A stretch of DNA of 64,000 bases from Iphione sp. A-MEVVRFRX5 (Eukaryota): the NCBI GenBank assembly GCA_976226885.1, contig OZ320319.1:25668001-25732000 (forward strand), written 5' to 3'. Within the stretch, counting starts at the first letter, position 1; each line of letters opens with the position of its first letter. The notes below the pieces were generated by a model. That model was not told the origin of the DNA, ran no database searches, and was given only the letters and a program-made list of their open reading frames with translations. Below, in pieces: positions 24,161 through 36,939 of this stretch. A program made the position numbers and the translations under genes.

Positions 24161-26425
24161 TGTGACTAAATAATTTATTCTCTTCCATTCTTCTATTTCT
24201 TATTGTTTGCAACTTGTATCTTTATTTACATTATATCCTTAAGACCACTATTACTACATCTAAGGTGGATAGTAGAAATTTTATTTCAGTATTCGTTTTA
24301 CGTATATAGTATACCTTCCTGGGCCTAAGAAATGAACCCAACAAATATTTTGGTATGATAAAATCATGATTACGTCACACATTGCCTTAAAGCTTTAATA
24401 CTTCACTTCACACTGACATCCAGAACTCACGTCAACTTGGACTTTTCTGGTTTCGTCCATATGATTTCAATAAAGTCCTGAAATTGTCTCTTGGAGGCTG
24501 CCCATCAACTGGTCGCTACAGCTGATAGAGCTGAACAGATGATTGTGGTTCTAAGGCAGGACAAACCAATGGAAATTGGGGTAGTTTTGAAAGGATTGGA
24601 TTTATATAAAAGCAGGGGAACAGATGCCAGCTATTCAATGTTGGAAAGACGTCCATACCTTAACTCTGACTCCCACAGTCTCTTTCCGATATTTCCATGA
24701 TGAGCCACAAAAGTGATCTTAGGAATATCTTCTTCCATGCTGTCCAGGGTTGTGGCAAGTGGGCCGGGAATGGGGAGTCTGCATGGAAGCAGCCTCTGAA
24801 AGTAGGCCAACCCCTCTCACATACATGCACACTTACACCCATACTCAGTCGCTAATTCTTAAGGAGGAAATATCTGGGAAGCACCGTCATATGCCAGTAT
24901 ACCCTCAAAAGTGGAGGCCATGTGCTTCTAGATAGTTCCATCAACCACGACTATACTCGGTACAGACCTCCACTGATCCTTTGCACATACGGCCATTATC
25001 TTGAGACATTGGTTTATCACTCAGCAGTCCCTCGTTAAATGCTTAAAATTTGTATTGATCATTTTCCCTGTTTACAATAACCTGTGCTTGAGGAAACCTT
25101 AAATGCCATCAAGTAATTACACCTTAACTGTCATTTCTTTGTTGGGTGGCGGTTTCACCATAATTTAGACCGGTGCTTCTTTAGAGACACCCGCTATGTT
25201 GCCCAAGTGTTTCGACGCTTTATCTATCACCACAGCTGTCGACACTTTCTTCCGTTCAGAGAATTTAGTACAGCCTCCTCGGCGCCTGATACATCCAGGG
25301 ATGGGCAAGTAACTGACCCCGCCTGCGGGGCTATCCTTCTTGCTTTAACTTTTCGGATGAAGGATGGTATTACTGGACTCCAACTTAGGATTTCACCGTG
25401 ATTGAAACAATGTGGAGGACTTGTTACTTTGCTTTAGCTCATCTGAAAGGAGTAAAGTTTCGATTATCACCTCTATAAGAAATTAAAATCCTCATCCTCT
25501 TCAGCAAAGTTTGGTTCCTTATTTCAGTGACAGAATCTCGAGTTAAAGAAACAACATTATTCACTTCTGAATCCGACGACGAGCCTCAGCCTTTACTAAT
25601 TTCACAAAGTCTGTTTCTTTCTCGAACCCTGGATCATAAGCAATTTATGAAGTGTACATGACCATATTCAGATAGGCACATGGATGTCATGTTATAGAGT
25701 GATAAATCTCTGACCTACATGCCTGGTCTGGTTATGTCAGTATCTGCAGGAGAAAATGCAATTTCATGACCTGTCTCCTCATCCTGCTACCTCATTTATG
25801 CAAAATTATTCATGTACTTGTTTTTCTCAGTATCTTCAAATAGTTTTTTATGGATATCATTTTTTAGATATCATATTTAGATAACCATATCATATTTTGA
25901 TTACAGCGAAGAAACATTTTGCTAAAGGGTCCGTTGCCTAATTTTAATCACAGCTCTAAAAAATACTCAAAACAGTTTCATCCTTTACACCTTCGAGCTA
26001 GACTAAGAAAAAACGAACTTTTTGCACAAAGGTAAATGTATATCCTCTTAACTGTCATATTACCTCTAGGTGAAAATAATGCTCGGTCTGCAATCAATGG
26101 CGACAACATGTCTCTGGTGACGAAAATATTGCCGTCGTTTGAGGCTGACATCGTTTCGCAATAAAAAAGGTGTGCTGCCATGTTGTGCCAGTGGGATGTA
26201 TAATATTGACAAGGAAAATGTAGGTGGCAGGTAATAACACAATGTAGGTGAATCTACTTGGTGGTCTTCCTCTTTTCTGGCATGAGGCCCTCCCCAACTA
26301 TTACTGGATATAAAACGTCCTAATACCTACTGAAAAATAATTCCTGTTTTTGCTGTCTGTTAATGAAATGTGTTTGTTGTCATTGGTATCTTGCAATTAG
26401 ATATAGGTTTATTACATTTTCCTTA

Positions 26426-26759
26426 GGCCTAAAAAAAGTTCTGTGTTTCCGGTAACATGCTAGAAAAATGTAGGGTCGGTAGGTCGTTGGTATATTTTGT
26501 TATTCTTCATTTTTCTACGTTAAATCTTACTTGAAGAAACAAATGAACATGGTATCATATGATATAATGCTTAGATCTTCATGAAACTTATATTAAATGA
26601 AAGCTAATAACGTAAGCAACAAAATGGTATATTGCAGATGTCTCTACCATGATTCATTCTAAAGTTATAAACAAAACAGTAAAAAAATAAAAAGATGCCA
26701 ATGTCTTCAATGTAGGGTCGGTCGGGTTACCGGAAACACAGACATTTTTTTTCTAGGCC
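26426..26759 (+). mobile_element. MITE with ~35-bp imperfect TIRs and TTA TSD (PIF/Harbinger-Tourist-like)
   Basis: tta|GGCCTaaaaaaagttctgtgtttccggtaac ... gttaccggaaacacagacattttttttctAGGCC|tta; internal direct repeat tagggtcggt; no coding capacity. Superfamily inferred only from the 3-bp TWA TSD and GGCC end. Confidence 0.75.
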
Positions 26760-29189
26760 TTATCAATACTATCGGTACAAATAGTTTGTGCCTCATAAGA
26801 AAATGGTACCTCTTGATCGTGTGACAGAGAAATATCACAGGCACATTTGAATGGAACTGTGAATGGAATAAGGAGTAATCTACGCGATGTCTTTTGAGAA
26901 CTACTGGAATCAGTCACTTGGAACAGAAGGAAAAATTGTTGTTTTTTATGCACAGGTTACTTAAATTGGACGCAGGCCAGGCCCTGGAGGAGGGGGCTGT
27001 TGATGCCTAGGGCAATGCCATAGAATCTTCAAGTGATCGTTTTTCTACAGAGACTAAGTGGATTCGAATGGCTTATCTCCAGTGGTAACAACTATGAACG
27101 GAATTCCTGCATACTCTGTGAAAAGAACAATATTTGGTTGATGGCTACGAGATTTCTGTGCTGTTTAAAACTTTGCAGAGGGTATGAATGCACACACGTA
27201 AGGGATGCTGTATACCTCCCCCAAACGAAAAGCAGGCATGTCCGAGCATTCAGACCAGTATACTGCATGAAACATCAGCGCCCACAGCAGTTAATACACA
27301 CAACCCGACTAATGTTTCTTCCGTACAGTGCTGATTTATGATGGATTCAGAGGGACTTAATGTATCCGTTGAGTGTGTTTCACCACTCTAAGACATTCGT
27401 AAGTAACCTACCAAATGTTGTAGCTTCTACTATAACATTTTCATTAACATTAATTCTCAATTGCATTTTATCGATATTATCATCGACTTCATCTATGTCG
27501 TGTGATAATGGTTTGAGTATTGCTAACTGGAGTTACATACGAAATGTACATACTTTCCAGTGTAAACAAAGACTTTAAAAAATATAAACATTGATGAAGA
27601 GATCAATGGTAATATTAATTAGGCCCATACTCAAGCGTTCATTAAAAGCTGTTGGATTACATCTCACAGGTTTGGAAATAATAGAAATATAAATGAATAT
27701 AAATTATACTGGTTACAAATACAGGTTCATCAAAAACTCACGGATTGCAGTTTTACGTGTGGGTGGAACTCTCCCTCCAGTGGCGTTTTAATATCTGCAA
27801 AGGGGCAACATAACATCTTAGTTACAGTACTGCAACTTTGTAATTATTATTCAATTTCTCCTCATGTCATACATTTTCACTATTTCTTTCAGATGAATGA
27901 ACCTGCTTACCATTTTCTATCTATACTTAGCTTCAACGGTCCCACCTAGTGTAGTGAAGGAAGGGCGACATCTATTAAGTTGTAGAGGAACTATACGTAT
28001 ATCCTAATGATTGTAAGTGGCGATCACGTGTACGTTACTCTATATACTGAGACAGATGACTAGTTTTTGTATAACATTACTACTGTGTCATTCTGTGTTC
28101 CATCTGGAATGGGATGGATGAATGCCATAAGGACGAATTCTTATTAGAAAGTCAGGAAACCTTGAAAGAAACATTGCTGGCTCCTCATCCCGGCGCGCAC
28201 CTTTCATTTGGAACAAGGACAGGACGGATGCGATCTCTTTTTTAATTGAACTCTATTCGCTCCGAGCGCTACAATAGGTACATATATGTTTTCAGTGCCA
28301 TCAAAGCGGTTTTCGAAATCAAACACGTTCAGATCCTAACTAAGACGTCGTGGCGTATTTGCAATCACTGTAGCTTTGTTGCCTCCTTGTCTCTCAAGTG
28401 TACAGTTTTATAGATTCACACAAATAATACATATATATATATTGATGAACATAAACAGACACAAATTGGGGGGGTTACTCACGCCACAATTAGGCTTTAT
28501 TAAAAAGTAAAAATTTTCGAGTTGAATGGCAGTTATGACGAATATCATTCAATTCGACAAGTACACGTCATAGGATGTGTTGCGTCACAATAACAGAGTA
28601 CATTCATCTGTTGTAGTTCCCATAACAATATATAAATAAATGTCCTTATTTGGCATATATATACAGATTCAGGGCCTTCATTGTTGGTGCTCATCTGTCG
28701 ACGCTCGGGTTACTTACATCCTCTTTAAGGGGCTGTTCATGTTTCCATATTTTTCTATGTCTTTAGATCTGTAGACATCTTTTTATCGGTCCTACAGTAA
28801 TCAATTGAAGCATTCACATTTACACATATCCTTCCGTATCTTTGTCTATGGATACATAGATCTAGATGGCAAACCGGTCCAGGACTGATTTTCTATGTCT
28901 ATGGATCTGTATTCCATAGGCACAATGGTGTAGAAACATCTGGTTAACATATGGTAGCAACTAAAAACAGCCCAGCAGGACGTCTCCTATGTCTCCAGAC
29001 TCGCAGATGTAGTTTCATCCAGAAATCATATGCACATATGTGAATAGTCCCTTTCAGTTCAGCTTGAAGTATTGTTCTTGTTACTGAATGTAAAGGTCAC
29101 CTTAACTCGTACTGGATTTATCAAAAGCGTTCGACTTATGGAATAAGCAACTATTACAAAATATTCCTGACAAAGAACGCCAAGACAGA

Positions 29190-30150
29190 AAATACATTAA
29201 ATCTCTAGGTGACTACTTTAAAAATCGTACCCAATATATAATTGTATATGGCAAAGAATCAAAATTACTTCAGCAAAACACAGGAGTGGCACAAGGAAGT
29301 AGCCTTGGTCCACTGACATTCAATATTCTAATAAACAGTGAAGCTGAATATTCCCAAAGGCAACCCAACCGACACTACATGCAGATGACATAACCTTAGT
29401 ACTAGAAGTAGACAATGTTCAGCAGCTTGAAATTAACATCAGGGACTGCCTACAAAGAATAAACAAATGGTGTTGTTCAAATGCTCTCATTCTAAATTGG
29501 GAAAAAGTGGATATATCGAAAAAATGATAGGAAGAAAGCATCACTATCAATTGCGAGATATGACAATGTCCTCCTGCAGCAAAAACAGGAATAAACTATC
29601 CTTGGCTACACGGTTAATGAGCAACCCTCATGGCAACAATTAGTGCAGTCAGCTGAGCAGAAAATTACCTATGCCAGCTATATCTTGAGTAAGGTACAAA
29701 ACTGCTTGTCTTGTGAAACAAAACTCGAGATCACTGAATTGCTTATAAACACATATATCAGATACATAGTCACCGTTCATTGTAGTTGCAAGGAATTCCG
29801 TGCTCTGTATTCTCCGAAGTACATATAAAAAGTGTGTCAGGAGGCTTGTAAAAGGGCCAAGAGTCTCGCAGTATGATGTGGTTGGATAGGATAATTGTGT
29901 ATGAAAAATTGGTTAATACTCATTTCTTGTATCTGAATGGTCTCCTTATCATGTATGGACCAAATGAGACCTAGGTTTGGACAAACCAAAAGGTTAGCAT
30001 ATAATATACAAGCCTCATACCATCACGAAAAGGTCAGCACAATACCTTGGAGTAAAATGGTGGAATAATCTCTCGGAAGGCATAAAAATGCCCACAATAA
30101 AGCATTTCGAATGTGTGTTATCTGCAAAAACAGCTGTCCTTCCAGAATTG
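29190..30150 (+). pseudogene. Highly decayed LINE RT remnant
   Basis: Translatable patches YFKNRTQYIIV, GVAQGSSLGPLTFNILIN, LHADDITLV, NYLGYTVNEQPSW; many stops and frameshifts; boundaries approximate. Confidence 0.7.
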
Positions 30151-31499
30151 TGACTGTGTAGGGAAGGTTAACAAGGCTAATTTACAGAGGTAGTAATGAT
30201 GCTATCAAGTTTGATTTATGATGTGATTAATGTGTCTTGTACTACTTGTTGTGTGACATTCTTGACGAATCAGGCATGATATAACCCCTACAAGCTGTAA
30301 CAGAGTGTCACTGAAGTGGGAGAGATTTGGCAAGACACTTTATCATTATTACTATTATTATATTTATGTACTTACTTTATATCCTATATACGTCAGCTTT
30401 GTCAGAATCACCCGGCAATACCTACTTCATTTTCAAATAAATAAAATCAATATAATTTATGAGACCTTGCCAAAGGTCTACAAATTCTATAGTGATGTTT
30501 GTATTTGTAACATTTTTTTCTGGTCAAATGACTTTTACACGAAATACCCTCCGACATCCGAATGTTATCGTTTCGTGGACTAAAAGGGGCTGGGAAATCA
30601 TATATCTCCTCTCCTATATGATGATATATATATCATATGATATCACAGTATTGGCACCATCTTGTTACCAGCATGCCGGTCTCTCGGCCAGTCGCTCGCT
30701 GCTGCCTGACGGTCGCTCCAGACGATTCGTATCCGTTCGTGTTCTGTTGCTATTACCACACACAACCGCCGCCTAATGAAGGTGAACGCGGGGTCTGTCA
30801 GCCGACATACAGCCGTAATTATGCTCCTTACCTCCTATTGTTCCTTCTAATTCAGTATTCCTATTTTTGGACGGTGATTTTGAGTAAGTGACGACGACAA
30901 CATTGATATAAAACAGTTATACAGTTATCTGAGCAACGTTTGACAAACATCCATTGAACAGAGATGAATCGTGACGATATATAAAATTCAATTCAAATCA
31001 GTTATACAGGGTTCGAAGTTCATCACTCGCAGGGTGAACATCGGTCAACTCTTTTGGGATTGGGTACAACCCTGTTGGTACTAAATGCAATAATTTTGAC
31101 GTCTGTGGTCAACATATTTTTCTATTCAAATAAGCATTGGGGGTTAACCAAAAGTGGTATGGGTTTAAGCAATTTGAAGGTTGTTGACCCAAGTCGTCAA
31201 TTTTTTTTTATAATTTCGAATCATTTATTGATGTAACTACATGTGTGTATTTTCCTACGTGTTAGGTTGACATCCCCTTCTTGTTAACTTGGAGAAAGAA
31301 TAACTATTAATTGTGGGTGAGTTCTTGTAGTTTAGAAAACGAATGGAAAGTAGATACATGTTTAAGGAAATCATGAATGTCAGGCATACAATTTAGGCAA
31401 AAACGTACCATTCGCTCCATATTACATCTGGCTACTACTACCTTTTCCCGCCATGTGTGCATTTTATTTGTATGTATGTCAATATAAACGATTGTGCGC

Positions 31500-32800
31500 G
31501 CCTTTCGATCTGGCAATCCAAAAATGGAGGGAGAGGATTGCTCAGTGCTCAGGCAAAAGAACCATTGTCATGGATGTTGTATTGCTATTTATTTAGGGGA
31601 ACGTATTCAGAGTCACGCTACCATCTATAACAAGGCCTTGATAGGCTTGGCCGAGTCTCCAAGGAGATCCATACACCACCGACAAAGCAGCACCCACCAT
31701 GTCAGTGTTTGTGCCCAGATTTCATCATTCACCTTGACTATCGTAAACATCCAATTAACCTGTCTTAACCCCGGAGATATCGGCCCAGGGGAGGAGGACG
31801 TCTTGATAGAATGTGGCATCGTCCAGCCATCTAAGGACCACAGACTTTGCGCCGGAGCTTTTTAAGGCACGCCAATATGGGTAGGAGAAAGCAGCATGAA
31901 GAGTTGTCCGGTGCGTTATGAGGAAAACAATTATGAGGTACACAAAACCACCTATATACCAAAACATAATTATAACTATTGGTTCTGTTCTACGTGTTTA
32001 CGATTTGATACAAATTAACATTTTGATGAAAGAATGGCACCGAACAGAAACATTAATTTTGTTCCCAATAATTATTATCACGAATCTCTGGAGGTAAACC
32101 ATCTCGTCCGACATTCATCCATCAAGATGCATTCATAAAAGGCCGGGATGTATTTCTGAAGATGAATAAGGATCTTGTGACATTTATATTGTCTCAGCCA
32201 TTATAGAGTACTAACCTCTGTCGTTCTGGAGTGGCTTGGCTCTTGGGCTGGGCGCTTCACTTATTAAGGCAGCGCAATTGCAGGCTTTCTGACCTGTGGT
32301 GTCGAGTTGTTGTTTAAGGGTAGGGTTTTAGCACATCACTGTGGCTGGCTGTGCATAGGGAGGTCCTATGTAGCCAAACACAACATAACATACTGGTGCT
32401 CTAACGTTGTCTATTGCATCACCTGCAATAGATGTGGGGCCCAGTATGTAGGCCACACAAAAAACAGGCTCAGCGCCAGATTGAGGTCACATTTCTATCA
32501 CATCACTAAAAGCAAGGGTAGCAGTTTCATTCCATCCCACTTCACATGAAGACAACACCATCCATATCCATAACATAGAAAGTCCATATAATGGACTTCA
32601 TCCACAGTCACCCTTACAGAGACGGGGCCCTTCACCCAGGCATCTCTGGGTCTAAACATGTTGTATATGCATGTGGAGGAATGCTCTGAATCCAAGCAAT
32701 CTGTGGCGATCTGCATTGACTGATCCAGCTTTCGACATGGATCATACACCATAATAAGGTGTTGAATAGATAAGGAACTGCAACATATATAACTATGGCG
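31500..32800 (+). pseudogene. Decayed Penelope-like element; GIY-YIG endonuclease recognisable at ~32370-32550
   Basis: NITYWCSNVVYCITCNRCGAQYVGHTKNRLSARLRSHF...PSHF matches the Penelope Uri/GIY-YIG pattern (VY..C..C...YVG.T...L..R...H). The upstream RT is not convincingly readable; outer boundaries approximate. Confidence 0.65.
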
Positions 32801-33264
32801 CAACAGGAGTTGGTAGCTAAATTTAGCAGAAGGTATGTAATGATTGTGTAATATCCTCCAGTCAAGATATACATCTAGACAGTGTGTCTATTTTTAGCAA
32901 CTATTATGTAACTATGGAGTATATAAGTAATTATGATTTTGTGAATAAACAGACCTTTTCTCTTTGAACTTTTGAGAGAGATAACTCTTGCAAGACTATT
33001 TTCATATACATTTGGAGTGAACCAGATTATCTATTTTGTCATTTGTTCAAATCTACTATCTGCCAGCACTCCACTAGACACAGCACATTACCACACTATA
33101 TCCTTGAGGAGTGACCATCCAGAGATTGTGTGCCCCTCTCATGGGGCCCTGACCTTGTAAGAAAAGTTTACTGTATTTTTGGCCTTGTGTTAGTTGGTGT
33201 TCTCTGGTCTCCACCTGTGGGCTCTTGACACCACAATCCAATGCCAGCAAAACTCTAGAACTTG

Positions 33265-33478
33265 AAGACCTTTTCATAAGCTATTCAACAACAAGGCACT
33301 CACACACAAGCCACTGACCTTGAACAACTATACACGTGGAACATCCCCGCCAAATCCAGAGTCACTGACTACACGTGTGTCTTTGAGAAGCTCTCAAAGA
33401 AAATTGAGGAACTTGAATTTCTCTGAAAGCTCGTATAAGCCCACGTAAAAGGCTATAGCCCAGTGCAACTGATACAGT
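33265..33478 (+). repeat. 214-bp inverted copy of 40929-41142 (end of the old LINE ORF1)
   Basis: By-eye alignment about 90% identical to the reverse complement of 40929-41142. Confidence 0.85.
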
Positions 33479-33479
33479 G

Positions 33480-34290
33480 TGGGGTTCAAGTTCTGTCGTT
33501 GTGTTCTTGAGGTTGTGGCATACATGCAATGCTGGGCCATGTTCTGGCAATTGTTCGTCTGGTCTAGGAGTATTTTTTTTCTCTTGTAGTCATTTCTACC
33601 TTGTCGTAGATTTAGTCTCTTGGGGCGGGGTGGCTTGTCTATTTCGGGTAGCCAAATCCTGATTTCAGTTGCTAAGTTGTTAGATAGAAGTCCTGGAATT
33701 ACTCACCAGTGTGCTTTGATATTGTAATAATGTGAGGGTTATAATAAACAAGTTCCACAACCAGTTTGTTTCAAGTCGGTTTAATGGCCACACAGGGCCT
33801 ATATCTATATCCATACCAGGGTTACATGACCAACATCAGGCGTAACCAATCAAAATGGAGCATAGAATAAAAAAAATACCTTTTAATTAAGTACAACCTT
33901 ACTACAATGTTTCTGGCCAATGGGAGGCTAGCAGTAGAATACAATGTAACTCCTTCAGTACAGGAGGCCAATCACTGGACAGCAGCCCTCTAACAATGTA
34001 GCTTTAGCTTCTCAGGGGCCCTTCATGATGCAGCAGGTCTACATTGAGTAACCTTAATAGTCCTCATTGGGTATTAAATGGCTTCGTAGTGCCACAGATA
34101 TGCACCGGACGATCTCACTATCCCTTTATTTGGTAGTAGGTGATCGACTATGTGGTGCCACGTATGTGTGTGCCTGACAGCCGTTTCCTTTGTAGTGGGT
34201 GATCCTGTGGTGGCGAGGATATACATGTAGACTCATCGACCCTAGCAGATCTATTGGGTCATGGATGACCAGTACAGGCTACAGTGAACT
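33480..34290 (-). pseudogene. Possible continuation of the old antisense LINE ORF2 (APE and linker), left of the three-ORF LINE insertion
   Basis: Weak APE-like patches on the minus strand (YKGNGCQAHTYV, LRLLNVD, YIVRG); position fits the element truncated at 40674. Confidence 0.35.
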
Positions 34291-34956
34291 CTTACTTATC
34301 TAGAAGACCTCCCATGGGACAGGAGAAATCTGGTCTCTGTTCCGGTCTGGTCTCCTCTGTGGTCTCTTTTTACAAAGAAATATACACATTTGGTTCTATT
34401 GCAGCTTGGTCTATCCCCTGGTCTGGTCTCCTCTGTGATCTGGTCTTTAACTGAGAGTTGACTGTAAATCTCATAGAAGGCTGGTGGCGGTACAAACATT
34501 AACATAATCCCTCTATCACCTCTCTGTAGTATAGAGATAGCTTGAGGCTAGGGCAAAGTCCGCAGAATTGCCAGATTGGTGCATTGGGGAACCATCATTT
34601 AGGAAGGAAAGATTCTTCCAGAACTTCTTCGAGGATGCTCTTTCCGTGCTTGGAGTCATGATTCTTCGTCCTCTACTTCCAGTCTTGTCTTGATGGAGAA
34701 GTATTTTGTTCATCTCGGTGGTCCAGTGGGTCCAAATTCTGCATTGAATTTCATTGCATGTGACCTTGTTTCTGACAAAGGTGGATATTCCTCTCACGCC
34801 TTTTCCTGCAGGGTTCTCTGGAAGGAGTGGAACCGAAAAGGCCTTAATTGAGGAAATTACAGAGGCAATAACAACGAATTTAACTGCGGACATACCACCG
34901 CACCCCAGCCTACTGACAAGGAGCCCATTATCGCTCAACAAGGTGGTGGCTCGGCC

Positions 34957-36428
34957 GTGGTGTCGAACAATACCTTGCTTACATCTACCCCGAGAACACA
35001 GAATGGTTTTGATGAGATGACTGGTCAATACCCACTACCCCCTCGTGCAACTCCGGTGGATCCTCAGGATGCAGGTAGGCCTGACTCGTTTGACCATGTG
35101 AGTCTCACCTTATTGGAGGTGGGAAAAACTCTAGGGTTAGGTACTGATATGAACATACATGAACCTAGGCAACCTGAAATTAATGAAATGGATCTACATG
35201 GCATCCTTGCTATGGTAGTGCAGTCGCAGAATGAGATACAGCAAAGTTTAACTGATCTGCAGGAAAAGGCACAAAGTAGTCTGGCTCTAGGGAACCGATT
35301 ACAGAAATTAAAGACTCTGGCCTCGGTTGAAACAAAGATGGTATCGTTGACAAATACACTTGAGAAGTTATTGAAGAGTGACGAAGAGTGGAAGAAAAGC
35401 ATGACTGAAAAACAAAATTTAGCGATGCGGCGTGAACATGAGATGAATAGAAGAATGTATAATCTTGAGAAGCAGAATGATATGTTGAAGCGCAAGATGA
35501 ATCAGATGGAACTAGACTCTAGGAAATGTAATTTGCTGATAGACAATCTGCGAGAGATAGAAAGTGGAACAACGTGGGATCTAGTTGATGGTATTTTTAG
35601 ATGTGTCGACAGATTCTACAACTCTGACTCACTGTTGTCAGCTAAGAGGCTAGGCAGATTGGGGAAACGACCACGACCTATTCTGGTCCGCCTATCGTGT
35701 ATTGAGGCGAGGAATAGTATTTTGAGTAGGAGGGCGGAGTTACGTAAGGATGAATTGACAAGGTCAGTTTTCCTGAATGAGGACATTCCTGAAAGTCTAA
35801 AGGAAAAACACCGCCATTTGCATTTGATTGCTGAGCATGCACGTGGTCTAGGTTCCAAAGCCAGTGTAAGGGGGCTGTCGGTGAGGATTGATGGCGTTCT
35901 GTTTACGGAGGATAATATGAATTGTCTTCCTAAAGGAATATCGGTTGAGGAAGCGTGTATCAAGGAAGACGGTGTAAAGTTGGCATTCAGAGAGGAGCAT
36001 ACGGTATTTTCGGACTCTGCTCACACACCGTTCACCATTGGAGGTGACCGATTTGACTCTGTGGTACACTGGCTTTACTCTGAGAAAGCACGACTGGTAG
36101 GTGATAAGTCGCTAAGGCATCGAATTCTCTTAGAAGAAAATGCGCAGAAAGTCAAACAACTTGGCCGGTCTTGTCAACCACCACAGGACTGGGAGAAGCT
36201 TGAGCCTGAAGTTATTAAAACTGGCTAAAAGCAAAATTCTCTCAGAATAACCATGCATGTTCACTACTGAAGGGAACCTTGGCAAAGAAGATCATATTTG
36301 CCTCCAGGGACTCTAAAGCTAGTGCGGGTTGCAGTTTTCGTGACTTTGACCTGAGAAAGAGTGACTATACAGGTTCAAACCTATGTGGAGTATTGTTGGA
36401 AGAAGTTCGTGGCACCTTGACGAATTAA
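34957..36428 (+). CDS. LINE ORF1: coiled coil + RRM-like + C-terminal NADAR (YbiA-like) domain; 1-nt frameshift near 36226
   Basis: Heptad-rich region; RKCNLLIDNL, AKRLGR...RPRPILVRL, VFLNEDIPE; then FSDSAHTPFTIGGDRFDSVVHWLYSEKARLVGD...ILL...KQLGR...W. After the frameshift: KAKFSQN...LL.GT...ASRD...GSNLCGVLLEEVRGTL* (TAA 36426-36428). True start uncertain (GTG 34957). Confidence 0.8.
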
Positions 36429-36939
36429 TTGGTTAATCTCTACCAATCTTTTTTCCAGATTGATGGACTAATTGCTACGTGGTTGTTCATCAAAGGACAT
36501 GAGCCGTACTTGTGAGTAACCTTGATTTAAGACCTGGTCGGGTGTACTGCCGGTCTATATTGGAATTAGCAGCGTGGGTAGGTGTATATCCCGCTGGTGA
36601 CAAGACAAATATGACTTCTGATTGTATACTCTTCAAGCGTTAACTACAGTTATGCTATGAACGCTGGTGTGGATAGGTGTATATCCTGCTAGTGAGGATT
36701 TTGAACTATCCTTAAAATTCATGATGGTTTATTTTTTTAATAATTACTGCATTGATGTAATGGATACTGGTATAACATCATTTATGTATTATTAGCAAAT
36801 CGCTGTTATGATGTCATTATTTTTAATGTAAGTGGTGTGGTGATTGCAGCTCGGACGGTTGGCTTCTACTAGACACTACAGGCACTAGCGACCGGAAACG
36901 TAAGATTCTGGTAGAGGACAAGAACTGGAATAACGCAGT

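Noticed and set aside
28750-29010. Degenerate tctatgtct..gat repeats
   Set aside because: Irregular period and low identity; indistinguishable from a decayed simple repeat.
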